From the NCBI GenBank assembly GCA_029261055.1, contig JAJDCA010000066.1, forward strand, positions 157-64,156: a DNA stretch of 64,000 bases, in the 5' to 3' direction. Positions within the stretch are counted from its first letter, which is position 1, and each line of letters starts with the position of its first letter. Shown in pieces: positions 49,673-58,181 of this stretch. The notes beneath the pieces were generated by a model, which worked only from the letters and a program-made list of their open reading frames with translations, was not told where the DNA came from and made no database searches. The position numbers were made by a program, and so were the translations under genes. The stretch comes from Candidatus Omnitrophota bacterium (GTDB lineage: Bacteria > Omnitrophota > Gorgyraeia > Zapsychrales > Zapsychraceae).

Positions 49673-50623
49673 ATGAACTTCTCAAAATGGATTAAATTAA
49701 ATTTTTATGTTTTAACAGCCGGTGTTTTAAATTCTACTCTTGCCTTCGCACAAACAAAAACTTCTACATCAACATCAACGGAAGCGCAAAGTCTTCAGGA
49801 TGTGGCTGTATCTCAAATCGAGACGGCTAAAAGTTTGGTGAATATGATTATTGAATTCTTTGTGAAATACAGTTTTCAAGTTTTAGGCGGTATTATTGTT
49901 CTTGTAATCGGATGGGCGGTGGCGGGATATGTTGCTAACATTATTAATAAGCTGCTTGCTAAAAAAGGAATAGATGTCACGATCAACAAATTTGCGGTTG
50001 GTTCGATCAAATTAATGATTGTGAGTTTTGCCGTAATTGTGGCTTTGGGAAAATTTGGAATTGAAATTGCGCCCTTGATCGCCGGTATCAGTGTCGCAGG
50101 CTTCGGTTTAAGTTTTGCTTTACAAGGCCCCTTGTCTAATTATGCAGCAGGTATCGCCCTTATTTTCACGAAACCATTTAAAGTTGGACAAATCATTGAA
50201 GTCGCCGGTGTGATGGGGGAAGTGATCGACATGAAACTGCCGCGTACAGACATTAAAACGGTTGACGGTAATATGGTTGTTATCCCTAATAAACATATCA
50301 TTGGTGAAATTATCCACAATTATTCAACCGCCAAACGATTAGATATTAATGTCGGCGTCAGTTACAAAGCAGATGTAGAATCCGCTATTAATGTTGTCAA
50401 AGACATCATTAAAAAAGATGCGCGAACCGTTAAAGAACCTAACGTAGGCATCTCCGAATTTGCTGACTCCAGCGTCAATATTTATGCCCGACTCTGGTGT
50501 AAGCAGGACGATTACTGGAATACAAAATTTGATCTCAATAAAAAAATATTTGATGCGTTTAATGCTAAGGGCATCGAAATCCCATTCCCACAACGCGACG
50601 TGCATTTGATAAAGGAGGCCTGA
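49673..50623 (+). CDS. mscS: small-conductance mechanosensitive channel
   Basis: G.GLSFALQG.LSN.AAG, PFKVG, IPN, GIEIPFPQRDV; start placed after SD AAAGGAG at 49673. Confidence 0.92.
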   Translation: MNFSKWIKLNFYVLTAGVLNSTLAFAQTKTSTSTSTEAQSLQDVAVSQIETAKSLVNMIIEFFVKYSFQVLGGIIVLVIGWAVAGYVANIINKLLAKKGIDVTINKFAVGSIKLMIVSFAVIVALGKFGIEIAPLIAGISVAGFGLSFALQGPLSNYAAGIALIFTKPFKVGQIIEVAGVMGEVIDMKLPRTDIKTVDGNMVVIPNKHIIGEIIHNYSTAKRLDINVGVSYKADVESAINVVKDIIKKDARTVKEPNVGISEFADSSVNIYARLWCKQDDYWNTKFDLNKKIFDAFNAKGIEIPFPQRDVHLIKEA

Positions 50624-50850
50624 TGGCAAAATTAAATGAAATTATTGAGTGGCAAGAGCTTGGAACAGAATATCGAATGTACATACGGCATCATTGGGGA
50701 GAGGATGAAAAAGTAAATATCCGAATGGTCTTTGAAGATGTCACCCACGACAAAGTAACTGAAATGAATATTCCACACACAAAAGTCAAACAATTTCTCA
50801 ATACCCTAAACGGCAATCTATTGTCCAGAAAATACGAAATTAATGTTTGA
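50623..50850 (+). CDS. hypothetical protein
   Basis: 75-aa ORF with SD AGGAGG, coupled to mscS. Confidence 0.6.
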   Translation: MAKLNEIIEWQELGTEYRMYIRHHWGEDEKVNIRMVFEDVTHDKVTEMNIPHTKVKQFLNTLNGNLLSRKYEINV

Positions 50851-50856
50851 GTTTTA

Positions 50857-51552
50857 ATGATCTCCAATTCCAAAACAGCACCATTTATTCTTGAAACAAT
50901 TGACCAACGCTTACAGTTACGTAAATCTGATGAACCGAAACTCGGGTCTGTCTGCGTCGATTTTGTCAAAGGCTCAAATGCTCATCGTCGTAAATTTGGT
51001 GGAGGGAGGAGGCAGGCTATTGCCAGGGCTGTCGGCCTTAAAAAAGGAGCAACACCCTCGATCTTAGATGCCACGGCCGGACTAGGGCGCGATGCGTTTG
51101 TACTGGCCTCACTCGGTTGTCGTGTTCATATGCTGGAGCGTTCACCCATCATAACGGATCTGCTTGCCGATGGATTACAGCGCGCAAAAAATGATGCTCA
51201 AATCGGTACCTGGATTTCAAAACGCCTTACACTAGACATCAAAGACAGCACCAAAGGATTATCATCTTTACCTTTTAAACCCGATGTTGTTTATTTAGAT
51301 CCGATGTACCCGGAAAAGAAAAAATCTGCTCTTGTAAAAAAAGAAATGCGCATGCTTCAATTGCTTCTCGGCAATGATCTTGATTCTGACAACCTACTAG
51401 AGATAGCTTTAAATATCGCACAACAACGTGTTGTTGTTAAACGTTCGGCACATGCCAGTCATCTCGCCGATAAAACCCCCAATGCCACAATTAAAACACA
51501 AAAAAATCGTTTTGATATTTATCTAATACCAAACCAAAATAGAAAAGATTGA
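50857..51552 (+). CDS. rsmJ: 16S rRNA m2G1516 methyltransferase RsmJ family
   Basis: [38 protein letters not shown]. Confidence 0.9.
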   Translation: MISNSKTAPFILETIDQRLQLRKSDEPKLGSVCVDFVKGSNAHRRKFGGGRRQAIARAVGLKKGATPSILDATAGLGRDAFVLASLGCRVHMLERSPIITDLLADGLQRAKNDAQIGTWISKRLTLDIKDSTKGLSSLPFKPDVVYLDPMYPEKKKSALVKKEMRMLQLLLGNDLDSDNLLEIALNIAQQRVVVKRSAHASHLADKTPNATIKTQKNRFDIYLIPNQNRKD

Positions 51553-51577
51553 CGAATGAATAAACAAAGAGTATAGT
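51549..51577 (+). promoter_or_regulatory. sigma70 promoter giving a ~290-nt leader upstream of the cold-shock-like gene
   Basis: TTGACG-17 bp-TATAGT. Confidence 0.6.
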
Positions 51578-51646
51578 GCAAACAATTAGGAATTGAAAAA
51601 AATAATTTACACATATTTAATAAAAAACCTCGTCGATTCAACTGAA

Positions 51647-51718
51647 TCTCCTCGGGGCAAGCCTCGGGAAATTAGACCCTTTTGGAATTTCTTTAAAACT
51701 AGAAATTCCTAATTAAAT
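51647..51718 (+). repeat. two-hairpin leader motif, copy 2
   Basis: TCTCCTCGGGGCAAGCCTCGGGA-AATTAGACCC-..GGAATTTCT/AGAAATTCC-TAATTAAAT. Confidence 0.65.
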
Positions 51719-51874
51719 TAAACGATGATTTTATTTCTTTCCAATTGCTTGAGTAAAAGTTTTTACTTTAACCATCCTGAAATTTTAATTAACCATTTTC
51801 GTGTTCAACCTACTTTTAAACATTATCAAAATTCCTACACGCTTAGCTTTATTTAAAAGGGAGGGGAAAAATCA

Positions 51875-52105
51875 ATGATGGATATAGGGAAAATTTCAAA
51901 AATACGGCAAGACAAACACTGTGGCATGATAACATTATCTGATGGTCGAGAGGCTACGTTTAATAATCGTTGCCTTTATAAGAATGCTGATTTTAATACG
52001 TTATACGAAGGCCAAGAGGTTGAATTTTATATTCAAAGAAGCCATAAAGGTTATCTAGCTGCTTCAATTAGACCGCTCCAACCAGCAAGTACTGTAAAAG
52101 TTTAA
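51875..52105 (+). CDS. divergent cold-shock-domain protein
   Basis: GKI......CGMI...DG.E..F.......FNTL.EGQEVEF.I..S.KG..A..IR follows the CSD pattern; SD GGAGG. Confidence 0.7.
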   Translation: MMDIGKISKIRQDKHCGMITLSDGREATFNNRCLYKNADFNTLYEGQEVEFYIQRSHKGYLAASIRPLQPASTVKV

Positions 52106-52131
52106 ACACCCTTATTTAGATATCTGCATCA

Positions 52132-52947
52132 ATGAAAAAAATTATACATATCAGTGATCTACATATCGGATACGAAGATTTTTCTGAGCGCTTTTCAAAA
52201 ATTATATCGAATTTAAAAACACAATTGGGCGAACAGGCACGTGATTATGTTCTGGTCATTACCGGTGATTTAATCGATAATGCACACAACCAGGATGATT
52301 TCTTTGTTATTCAAAAAAAATTAGAGGAATTAAAACAATCAGGCTTTGAAGAAATCCTTGTAGTGCCGGGAAATCATGATTACGGTACCGGGTCCCGCGG
52401 GGATAAAAAATTCGTTAAAGTTTTTCACGATATCTTTTATCAAGATCAAAAAACCTTTCCCCGAAAAAATATTATCGAAAATGTTGCCTTCCTTGGGCTG
52501 GACTCAATGGCCGAAGAACTCAATTGGTACGATGAAATTTGGGCCGAAGGAGAATTGGGCAACGAACAATTGCAACGTTTAGAAGCGAACTTACACGAAG
52601 ATGAAGTACGTTCTTGTGCCAAACGTGTGGTTTACCTTCATCACCATCCATTTGATTTTCGGCCACTGCACCAGCTCAAAGACTCCAGGAAATTAAAAAA
52701 AGTCCTGTGTGACGCTATTGCTGAAGGCATCAGTATTGATGCGCTTCTTTACGGGCACAATCACGAAGGCAAATCGCATAATGGTCAGTGGGACATTCCT
52801 CGGTGTTACGATGCCGGCAGCGCCACACTAAAACCTCGCCCATCGTATATTGATTGGGTTCCCGGTTTTCAAACCAAGGCCTCCGTACGTGTTATCGATC
52901 TGGAGCAACATGATGCTACACTCGACAAAGAATTGACTCTCTTATAA
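52132..52947 (+). CDS. calcineurin-like metallophosphoesterase
   Basis: HISDLH, ITGD, VPGNHD, HHHP, GHNH. Confidence 0.9.
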   Translation: MKKIIHISDLHIGYEDFSERFSKIISNLKTQLGEQARDYVLVITGDLIDNAHNQDDFFVIQKKLEELKQSGFEEILVVPGNHDYGTGSRGDKKFVKVFHDIFYQDQKTFPRKNIIENVAFLGLDSMAEELNWYDEIWAEGELGNEQLQRLEANLHEDEVRSCAKRVVYLHHHPFDFRPLHQLKDSRKLKKVLCDAIAEGISIDALLYGHNHEGKSHNGQWDIPRCYDAGSATLKPRPSYIDWVPGFQTKASVRVIDLEQHDATLDKELTLL

Positions 52948-52968
52948 AAACATACATCCTGATTATTT

Positions 52969-53751
52969 ATGCTAAAAATTAAAAAAATTCTAAGTCGTCA
53001 AAATAACCAAATCAAATGCCTCCGTAAATTATCCCTAAAGAAGTATCGCCATCAAACAAACACATTTACCGTCGAGAATTTAGCCATCATTTTCGATGCC
53101 TTAAAAAGCGATTATACATTCAAAGAATTATTTGTAACGCAGGATTTTATTGATCGACATAAAGAAAAATTTCAATATCTACAAAAACATGCCGCCTCAG
53201 CCGAATATTATTTAATTAATGAACCTTTGAATAAATATGCTTCACAACTCGACACCCCCGCTGGAATCATCGCTGTTTATGAGCAAACACCCTCTAATTT
53301 AGATCAAAGCCAGTCCGCCGTTTATCTAAACGGCATTAAAGACCCTGGTAATCTTGGCACAATCCTACGCACAGCCTTAGCCTTTAATGTACCCAACATC
53401 ATCGTGGATCCTACGTGTGTGGACGTTTATAATTTTAAAACTATTAGCGCGGCTAAAGATTCGATTTTTAAATTGAATATTACCGAAGACAAGCAGGGGA
53501 CTTGGCTAAAGGAGCATAAAGATATCTGGCCTATTTACGTGGCGAATTCCCAAGGTGGGGTGGCCTTATCAAAAGTGAAGGGGGCAAGAAAATTCTGTCT
53601 GGTTTTAGGTAACGAAAGCCACGGCGTGAGTAAAGATATCATCAAATTGGCTGATAAAAACATCTATATCGAAATCTCCGAACAAATTGAATCACTCAAT
53701 GTCGCTACCGCTGCTGCTATTTTACTACACAGATTACAACAAAAAACATAA
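52969..53751 (+). CDS. TrmH/SpoU family RNA methyltransferase
   Basis: IKDPGNLGTILRTA, LGNESHGVS, ESLNVATAAAI. Confidence 0.93.
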   Translation: MLKIKKILSRQNNQIKCLRKLSLKKYRHQTNTFTVENLAIIFDALKSDYTFKELFVTQDFIDRHKEKFQYLQKHAASAEYYLINEPLNKYASQLDTPAGIIAVYEQTPSNLDQSQSAVYLNGIKDPGNLGTILRTALAFNVPNIIVDPTCVDVYNFKTISAAKDSIFKLNITEDKQGTWLKEHKDIWPIYVANSQGGVALSKVKGARKFCLVLGNESHGVSKDIIKLADKNIYIEISEQIESLNVATAAAILLHRLQQKT

Positions 53752-53755
53752 TGAT
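53731..53755 (+). repeat. left direct repeat (3' end of the TrmH-family gene)
   Basis: AGATTACAACAAAAAACATAATGAT; 24/25 identical to 57298-57322. Confidence 0.85.
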
Positions 53756-53879
53756 GTTTGAGCAAATATGGCAATTAAGGAAACCATATAGTATACTTAA
53801 AGGAGAAAAAATTAAACGGAAATCAATAAAACCTATTCTTATGAAATCGGTTTTTATATTTTTTAGAAAATAATATTTT

Positions 53880-56800
53880 ATGAAATTACAATTTTCATTA
53901 AAATCTCAAATTATTAGTAACTTTGTCATTTTGACATTTGTATCTAGCTTGATTCTCCCTCCATCCAAGGTACAAGCCCAGACAGCACCTGCATTAACAA
54001 AAAGCGGATTAAATCTTCCTGTTCCCGGGACAATGGTACCATTGAGTGAATCATTTTTTCCTGTGGTGATAAAAGGAATAAAGGTATTTCCAGAGGATCC
54101 GCTAAAATTTGATTTTATTATGAATATGCCTGAGTCTGAATTAGAAGGCGCTGATTTAGAAAATAAAGCATTTAAACTTGTGAAATACTTTTTAGCTTCA
54201 CTCACCGTTCCTGAGAAAGATTTATGGGTTAACCTCTCTCCTTACGAAGAAAATCGTATCATTCCTGAGCAACTTGGACAAACAGAAATGGGTCGTGATT
54301 TGTTGGCACAGGATTATTTGCTAAAACAATTGACGGCATCTTTGATGTATCCGGAGGAGGAACTAGGAGAAGAATTTTGGGATCGAATATATAAAGAATC
54401 TTATGAAAAATTCGGAACAACGGATGTTCCGATAAATACATTTCATAAAGTTTGGATTATTCCTGATAAAGCGGTTGTCCATGAACAAGGAACAACTGCT
54501 TTTGTAACGGAAAGTTATTTAAAGGTAATGTTAGAAAAAGATTATTTAGCTTCCCAAAAAGGCACAAAAACCGCCCCTTCATCACAAGAAAAAGATGATT
54601 TAGAATCAAAAATTATTAAAGAGGTTATCATTCCTGCCATTGAAGAAGAAGTTAACTATGGAAAGAATTTCATTCTATTACGGCAAATTTATCATTCTTT
54701 GATTCTTGCTAAATGGTTTAAAACACGCATGAAGAGTACTTTATTAGGGAAAAATTATGCAGACAAAAGTAAAATCGTTGGCATTGAATTGGAAGATAAA
54801 GACATTTCAGAAAAAATTTATCAACAGTATGTCGAATCTTTTAAAGTAGGGGTATATGATCTAATTCGGGAAGAATATGATCCCATGACAGAGTCTATTA
54901 TTCCGAGAAAATATTTTTCCGGAGGGCTTGTTTTGGAAACACCACTTGTTATTCAAAATATCAATGGTGTAAGTATGGCCATGCTTGTGAATGATTCATT
55001 TAGTAAAGTAGCTTCCTTTACTGTAAGAATTAATCCTATTTCCTCTGGTGATAAATCAATGAGTTCGGCGGCAGATGATCTTCTTGTAAAAATAAAGCGT
55101 CGGGTTAAAAGCGAGAGCTTTACTATTATTGATGAGCCTCTAGAAGAGCTAAAAGGTCTTATTGGAAATGACAGTAAAGCTGCGAGTCAATACAAAGAAG
55201 CCGTTATTACTTTTGCCGATGGGCTACTTGAAAAGATAAAAGATCTTTCTAATCGCGAAAAATTTAATATTATTGACGGATATCTGGAACAACTAAAAGA
55301 ACTTAGTGAGGAACACACATATGTTGTCGATCAATTCAAAGAAGCCGTTATTGCTTTTGCAGATGGCTTAGTTAAAAAGATAAAAAGACTTTCTGATGAA
55401 AAGAAATTTAATATTATTGACGGATATCTGAACCAACTAAAAGAGCTTAGTGAGGAATATACATATGTTGTCGATCAATATGAAACAGCAAATTTTTATT
55501 ATCAAGAGTCTTTGCCGAGGGATAATTTATCCGGAGTTGATGAAGAAATTTATAAAAGGACTACCGAAATTAGAAAAAATCTAAATAGGGGCAATTTTAA
55601 AAAAGTGCAGGAACTTCATATAGAGAACATAGACACTGTGAAAAAACTTTCCAATCCAGAAAAAGAAGAAAAATATGGTAGACTTATCGTTAAAACATTT
55701 CTAGAAGGTCAGATAGATTCGATGAACAGAGAACAAAATTATGGAGATTTCTTTACATTAGTACAAAATGAGAGGTTTGAAGAAAATCTAAAGAATTTTG
55801 GGCATTTGCAATCAATCACGACACATAAAACTCTACAAGAAATGTATACGGATATGCTGAGAAAAAAAGCATTATTTATGAAAAACAAATTTAAGGCTCT
55901 TCCTGATGAAGAAAAATTTAGTGTTAATATAAAGAAAGAGGGCATCAGCTTTAATGATAATATTGCTGCCATAGTAGCGATTTTTTCTATAAATCAAAAG
56001 GATACAGTGATAGGGAAACATTTGATAGAAATGTTTGAGACCTACTCTGCGAGTTTATTAAGGGTATTAGAAAATGAATGGGGAAAAAATAAAAAACCCT
56101 CTTTTAAATTGATTTATACATCAGAAAAAATCCTGGAAGCTATGAAAGAAATTACAAATATTGTCCAGCTGCATGACGGACTCACGGAAAATCTTAAAAC
56201 AGCAACTTCAACATACCAGACGGCTTTAGAAAACGCCGGAATATCAGATTCCATAAGAAAGAAATTGTTAAATTTTGCAATATACTTTTTGCAAACAATT
56301 TACAACGCCAGAAGTTATGATGCAAATAAATTATTTTCTTCTTTGAAGGAAGATCCCGAGCTTCTTCAATACCCCCATTTGGAAAACGTTTATGCTGAAG
56401 GATTCTCATATTTATTTTCTGTATTCAAAGAAAATAGATTATTCTCGAGTTGGGAGAGCCTGTCTTCCGGTTGGAATATTCACCTTTTTGATTATTTGAA
56501 AACATTTTTACTGGAGAGAAATGGTGAATTTACGTTAATCAAAAAAGTTTATGAGACAAATCTAGGAGAATATGCGGTTAATTTTTCTCGAGCAATTCAG
56601 AATCAACTTGATAAAGATACAGATTGGGATGGAAGAATGACTACTCCTATTTCTGCGGTCTTAAACTCAGAACCAGTAAATATTCCAAGCGCATCAAACA
56701 TACTCTTTAAATTTTGGGAGTTCTTAGTGGATTATCCTGTTGAAAGTGTAGAGGATGTTTATGTAGAAACATTAGAAAATATTTTTAATGCAATAGAAAG

Positions 56801-57287
56801 GAATTATTCTTCAAATATTTTTGAATCGGTAAGAGAAGATTTTATGAAAACTATTCGTAGAAGATTAAATGATGCCGATCCGAATACATTTGTAAAAATA
56901 AGAGAATTTCTTGCTCATCAAGAAACTAATCCTCATAAAAATCGTCAAATAGACGCAGTTGAAAACACGCCTATAGCTTTCCCATCATTAAACCCATGGG
57001 GGCAGATTCCACGTAGAATAGTTATTTCTAATAATAGTGATGGGAGTTTTACAATTATGTTCTCTGATCTGAGTATGCTTAATAATAAAACAATATCGAC
57101 TAAAGGGGGGATTGATTTGGTTGATACAAAGATAGATATTCGGCAAGATAATGCGTTTGAACGGTTTAATAACGAAAATGTATTATTAGATTCTGCCTCA
57201 TTTGTAGGGGGGTCCTTTGATATTAATGGTGTAACCATGATTCCTAATGTTTCAGCTTATCTTAATCCTAACCCACTATCGTATTAA
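53880..57287 (+). CDS. large secreted modular protein 2 (conserved N domain, helical repeat cargo, GGIDL C domain)
   Basis: 1135 aa; signal-like N-terminus ending VQAQ; N domain paralogous to 13990-18765. Confidence 0.85.
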   Translation: MKLQFSLKSQIISNFVILTFVSSLILPPSKVQAQTAPALTKSGLNLPVPGTMVPLSESFFPVVIKGIKVFPEDPLKFDFIMNMPESELEGADLENKAFKLVKYFLASLTVPEKDLWVNLSPYEENRIIPEQLGQTEMGRDLLAQDYLLKQLTASLMYPEEELGEEFWDRIYKESYEKFGTTDVPINTFHKVWIIPDKAVVHEQGTTAFVTESYLKVMLEKDYLASQKGTKTAPSSQEKDDLESKIIKEVIIPAIEEEVNYGKNFILLRQIYHSLILAKWFKTRMKSTLLGKNYADKSKIVGIELEDKDISEKIYQQYVESFKVGVYDLIREEYDPMTESIIPRKYFSGGLVLETPLVIQNINGVSMAMLVNDSFSKVASFTVRINPISSGDKSMSSAADDLLVKIKRRVKSESFTIIDEPLEELKGLIGNDSKAASQYKEAVITFADGLLEKIKDLSNREKFNIIDGYLEQLKELSEEHTYVVDQFKEAVIAFADGLVKKIKRLSDEKKFNIIDGYLNQLKELSEEYTYVVDQYETANFYYQESLPRDNLSGVDEEIYKRTTEIRKNLNRGNFKKVQELHIENIDTVKKLSNPEKEEKYGRLIVKTFLEGQIDSMNREQNYGDFFTLVQNERFEENLKNFGHLQSITTHKTLQEMYTDMLRKKALFMKNKFKALPDEEKFSVNIKKEGISFNDNIAAIVAIFSINQKDTVIGKHLIEMFETYSASLLRVLENEWGKNKKPSFKLIYTSEKILEAMKEITNIVQLHDGLTENLKTATSTYQTALENAGISDSIRKKLLNFAIYFLQTIYNARSYDANKLFSSLKEDPELLQYPHLENVYAEGFSYLFSVFKENRLFSSWESLSSGWNIHLFDYLKTFLLERNGEFTLIKKVYETNLGEYAVNFSRAIQNQLDKDTDWDGRMTTPISAVLNSEPVNIPSASNILFKFWEFLVDYPVESVEDVYVETLENIFNAIERNYSSNIFESVREDFMKTIRRRLNDADPNTFVKIREFLAHQETNPHKNRQIDAVENTPIAFPSLNPWGQIPRRIVISNNSDGSFTIMFSDLSMLNNKTISTKGGIDLVDTKIDIRQDNAFERFNNENVLLDSASFVGGSFDINGVTMIPNVSAYLNPNPLSY
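55070..55500 (+). repeat. three tandem 144-bp (48-aa) repeats inside modular protein 2
   Basis: AD.L..KIK......F.IID..L..LKEL.......DQ.KEAVI.F; near-identical DNA starting at 55193 and 55337. Confidence 0.85.
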
Positions 57288-57297
57288 CAAAACTAAT

Positions 57298-57322
57298 AGA
57301 ATACAACAAAAAACATAATGAT
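57298..57322 (+). repeat. right direct repeat
   Basis: AGAATACAACAAAAAACATAATGAT; 21 nt exact match to 53735-53755. Confidence 0.85.
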
Positions 57323-57350
57323 TGCATTTTGATGAAAAATGCATTATACT
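57322..57350 (+). promoter_or_regulatory. TA operon promoter with overlapping inverted-repeat operator
   Basis: TTGCAT-17 bp-TATACT; TGCATTTT-GATGA-AAAATGCA inverted repeat spans the -35 and spacer. Confidence 0.65.
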
Positions 57351-57373
57351 TAATAATGAATCAAGGGTATGAA

Positions 57374-57462
57374 CAGGGCAAGCCCTGGACCCTATCAGTC
57401 GCAGCGAACTGCAGGGTATTAAACCCATTTAGAATTTCGTTAAAGCATCGAAATTCCTAAAT
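57374..57462 (+). repeat. two-hairpin leader motif, copy 3 (variant)
   Basis: CAGGGCAAGCCCTG, ACCCT..AGGGT-ATTAAACCC-..GAATTTCG/CGAAATTC-CTAAAT then SD. Confidence 0.55.
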
Positions 57463-57477
57463 GAAAGGAGGTTGACT

Positions 57478-57726
57478 ATGGCATCATTACAGATAAGAGA
57501 CATCCCTCTCAATATTGAAAAAAAACTAAAAAATGAAGCAAAAAAATATCATCGTAGTTTAACGCAACAGGCTATTGCGACATTAGAAAAAGGGTTAGGG
57601 TTTACAGAGCCTTCTAAAGAAAAACGCAAAAAAACTATTCAGAATTTATTAGATAATCCAATCGTAGAAGACACCTCTAAACTAAAGGATCATATTCCAT
57701 TAATTAGAGAGGACCGCAACCGATGA
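57478..57726 (+). CDS. FitA-like ribbon-helix-helix antitoxin
   Basis: MASLQIRDIP....KLK.EA....RSL.QQ....L; SD AGGAGG; overlaps the PIN gene. Confidence 0.82.
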   Translation: MASLQIRDIPLNIEKKLKNEAKKYHRSLTQQAIATLEKGLGFTEPSKEKRKKTIQNLLDNPIVEDTSKLKDHIPLIREDRNR

Positions 57727-58121
57727 TCATCGTCCTGGATCCCAGCGCAGCTATTGAAATTGTATTAAATAAGAAAAAAGCAAAAAATTTAATACCGCAC
57801 CTCGCGGCAGCAGATTGGGTAATTGCTCCACGATTATATGTTTCTGAAATCAACAATGTTTTCTGGAAATATTATGAATTCACACAACTTTCTAAAGAAG
57901 TTTGTGAAACAGCTATTGAAAAATCATTAGATTTAGTTGAAGAACTGTTTAATGAAAGTGATTTTTACCGGGAAGCCTTTGCGTTAGCCTGTTTAACACG
58001 CTCATCCGTGTATGATATGTTTTATCTCACCCTGGCCCGCCGAAACGATGCTCATCTTATGACTCTAGACACCAAACTTATGGCAACGGCGAAAAAACAA
58101 TCTATTAAATATTTTTTGTAA
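57723..58121 (+). CDS. vapC: VapC/PIN-domain toxin
   Basis: IVLDPSA, AP.L...E..N, YD..YL.LA......L.T.D..L. Confidence 0.88.
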   Translation: MIIVLDPSAAIEIVLNKKKAKNLIPHLAAADWVIAPRLYVSEINNVFWKYYEFTQLSKEVCETAIEKSLDLVEELFNESDFYREAFALACLTRSSVYDMFYLTLARRNDAHLMTLDTKLMATAKKQSIKYFL

Positions 58122-58181
58122 CTTTTTCCTCCCATCTGCGATAAATAAGTGTAGGATAAAACAGACAACCGGAGGGAAATA

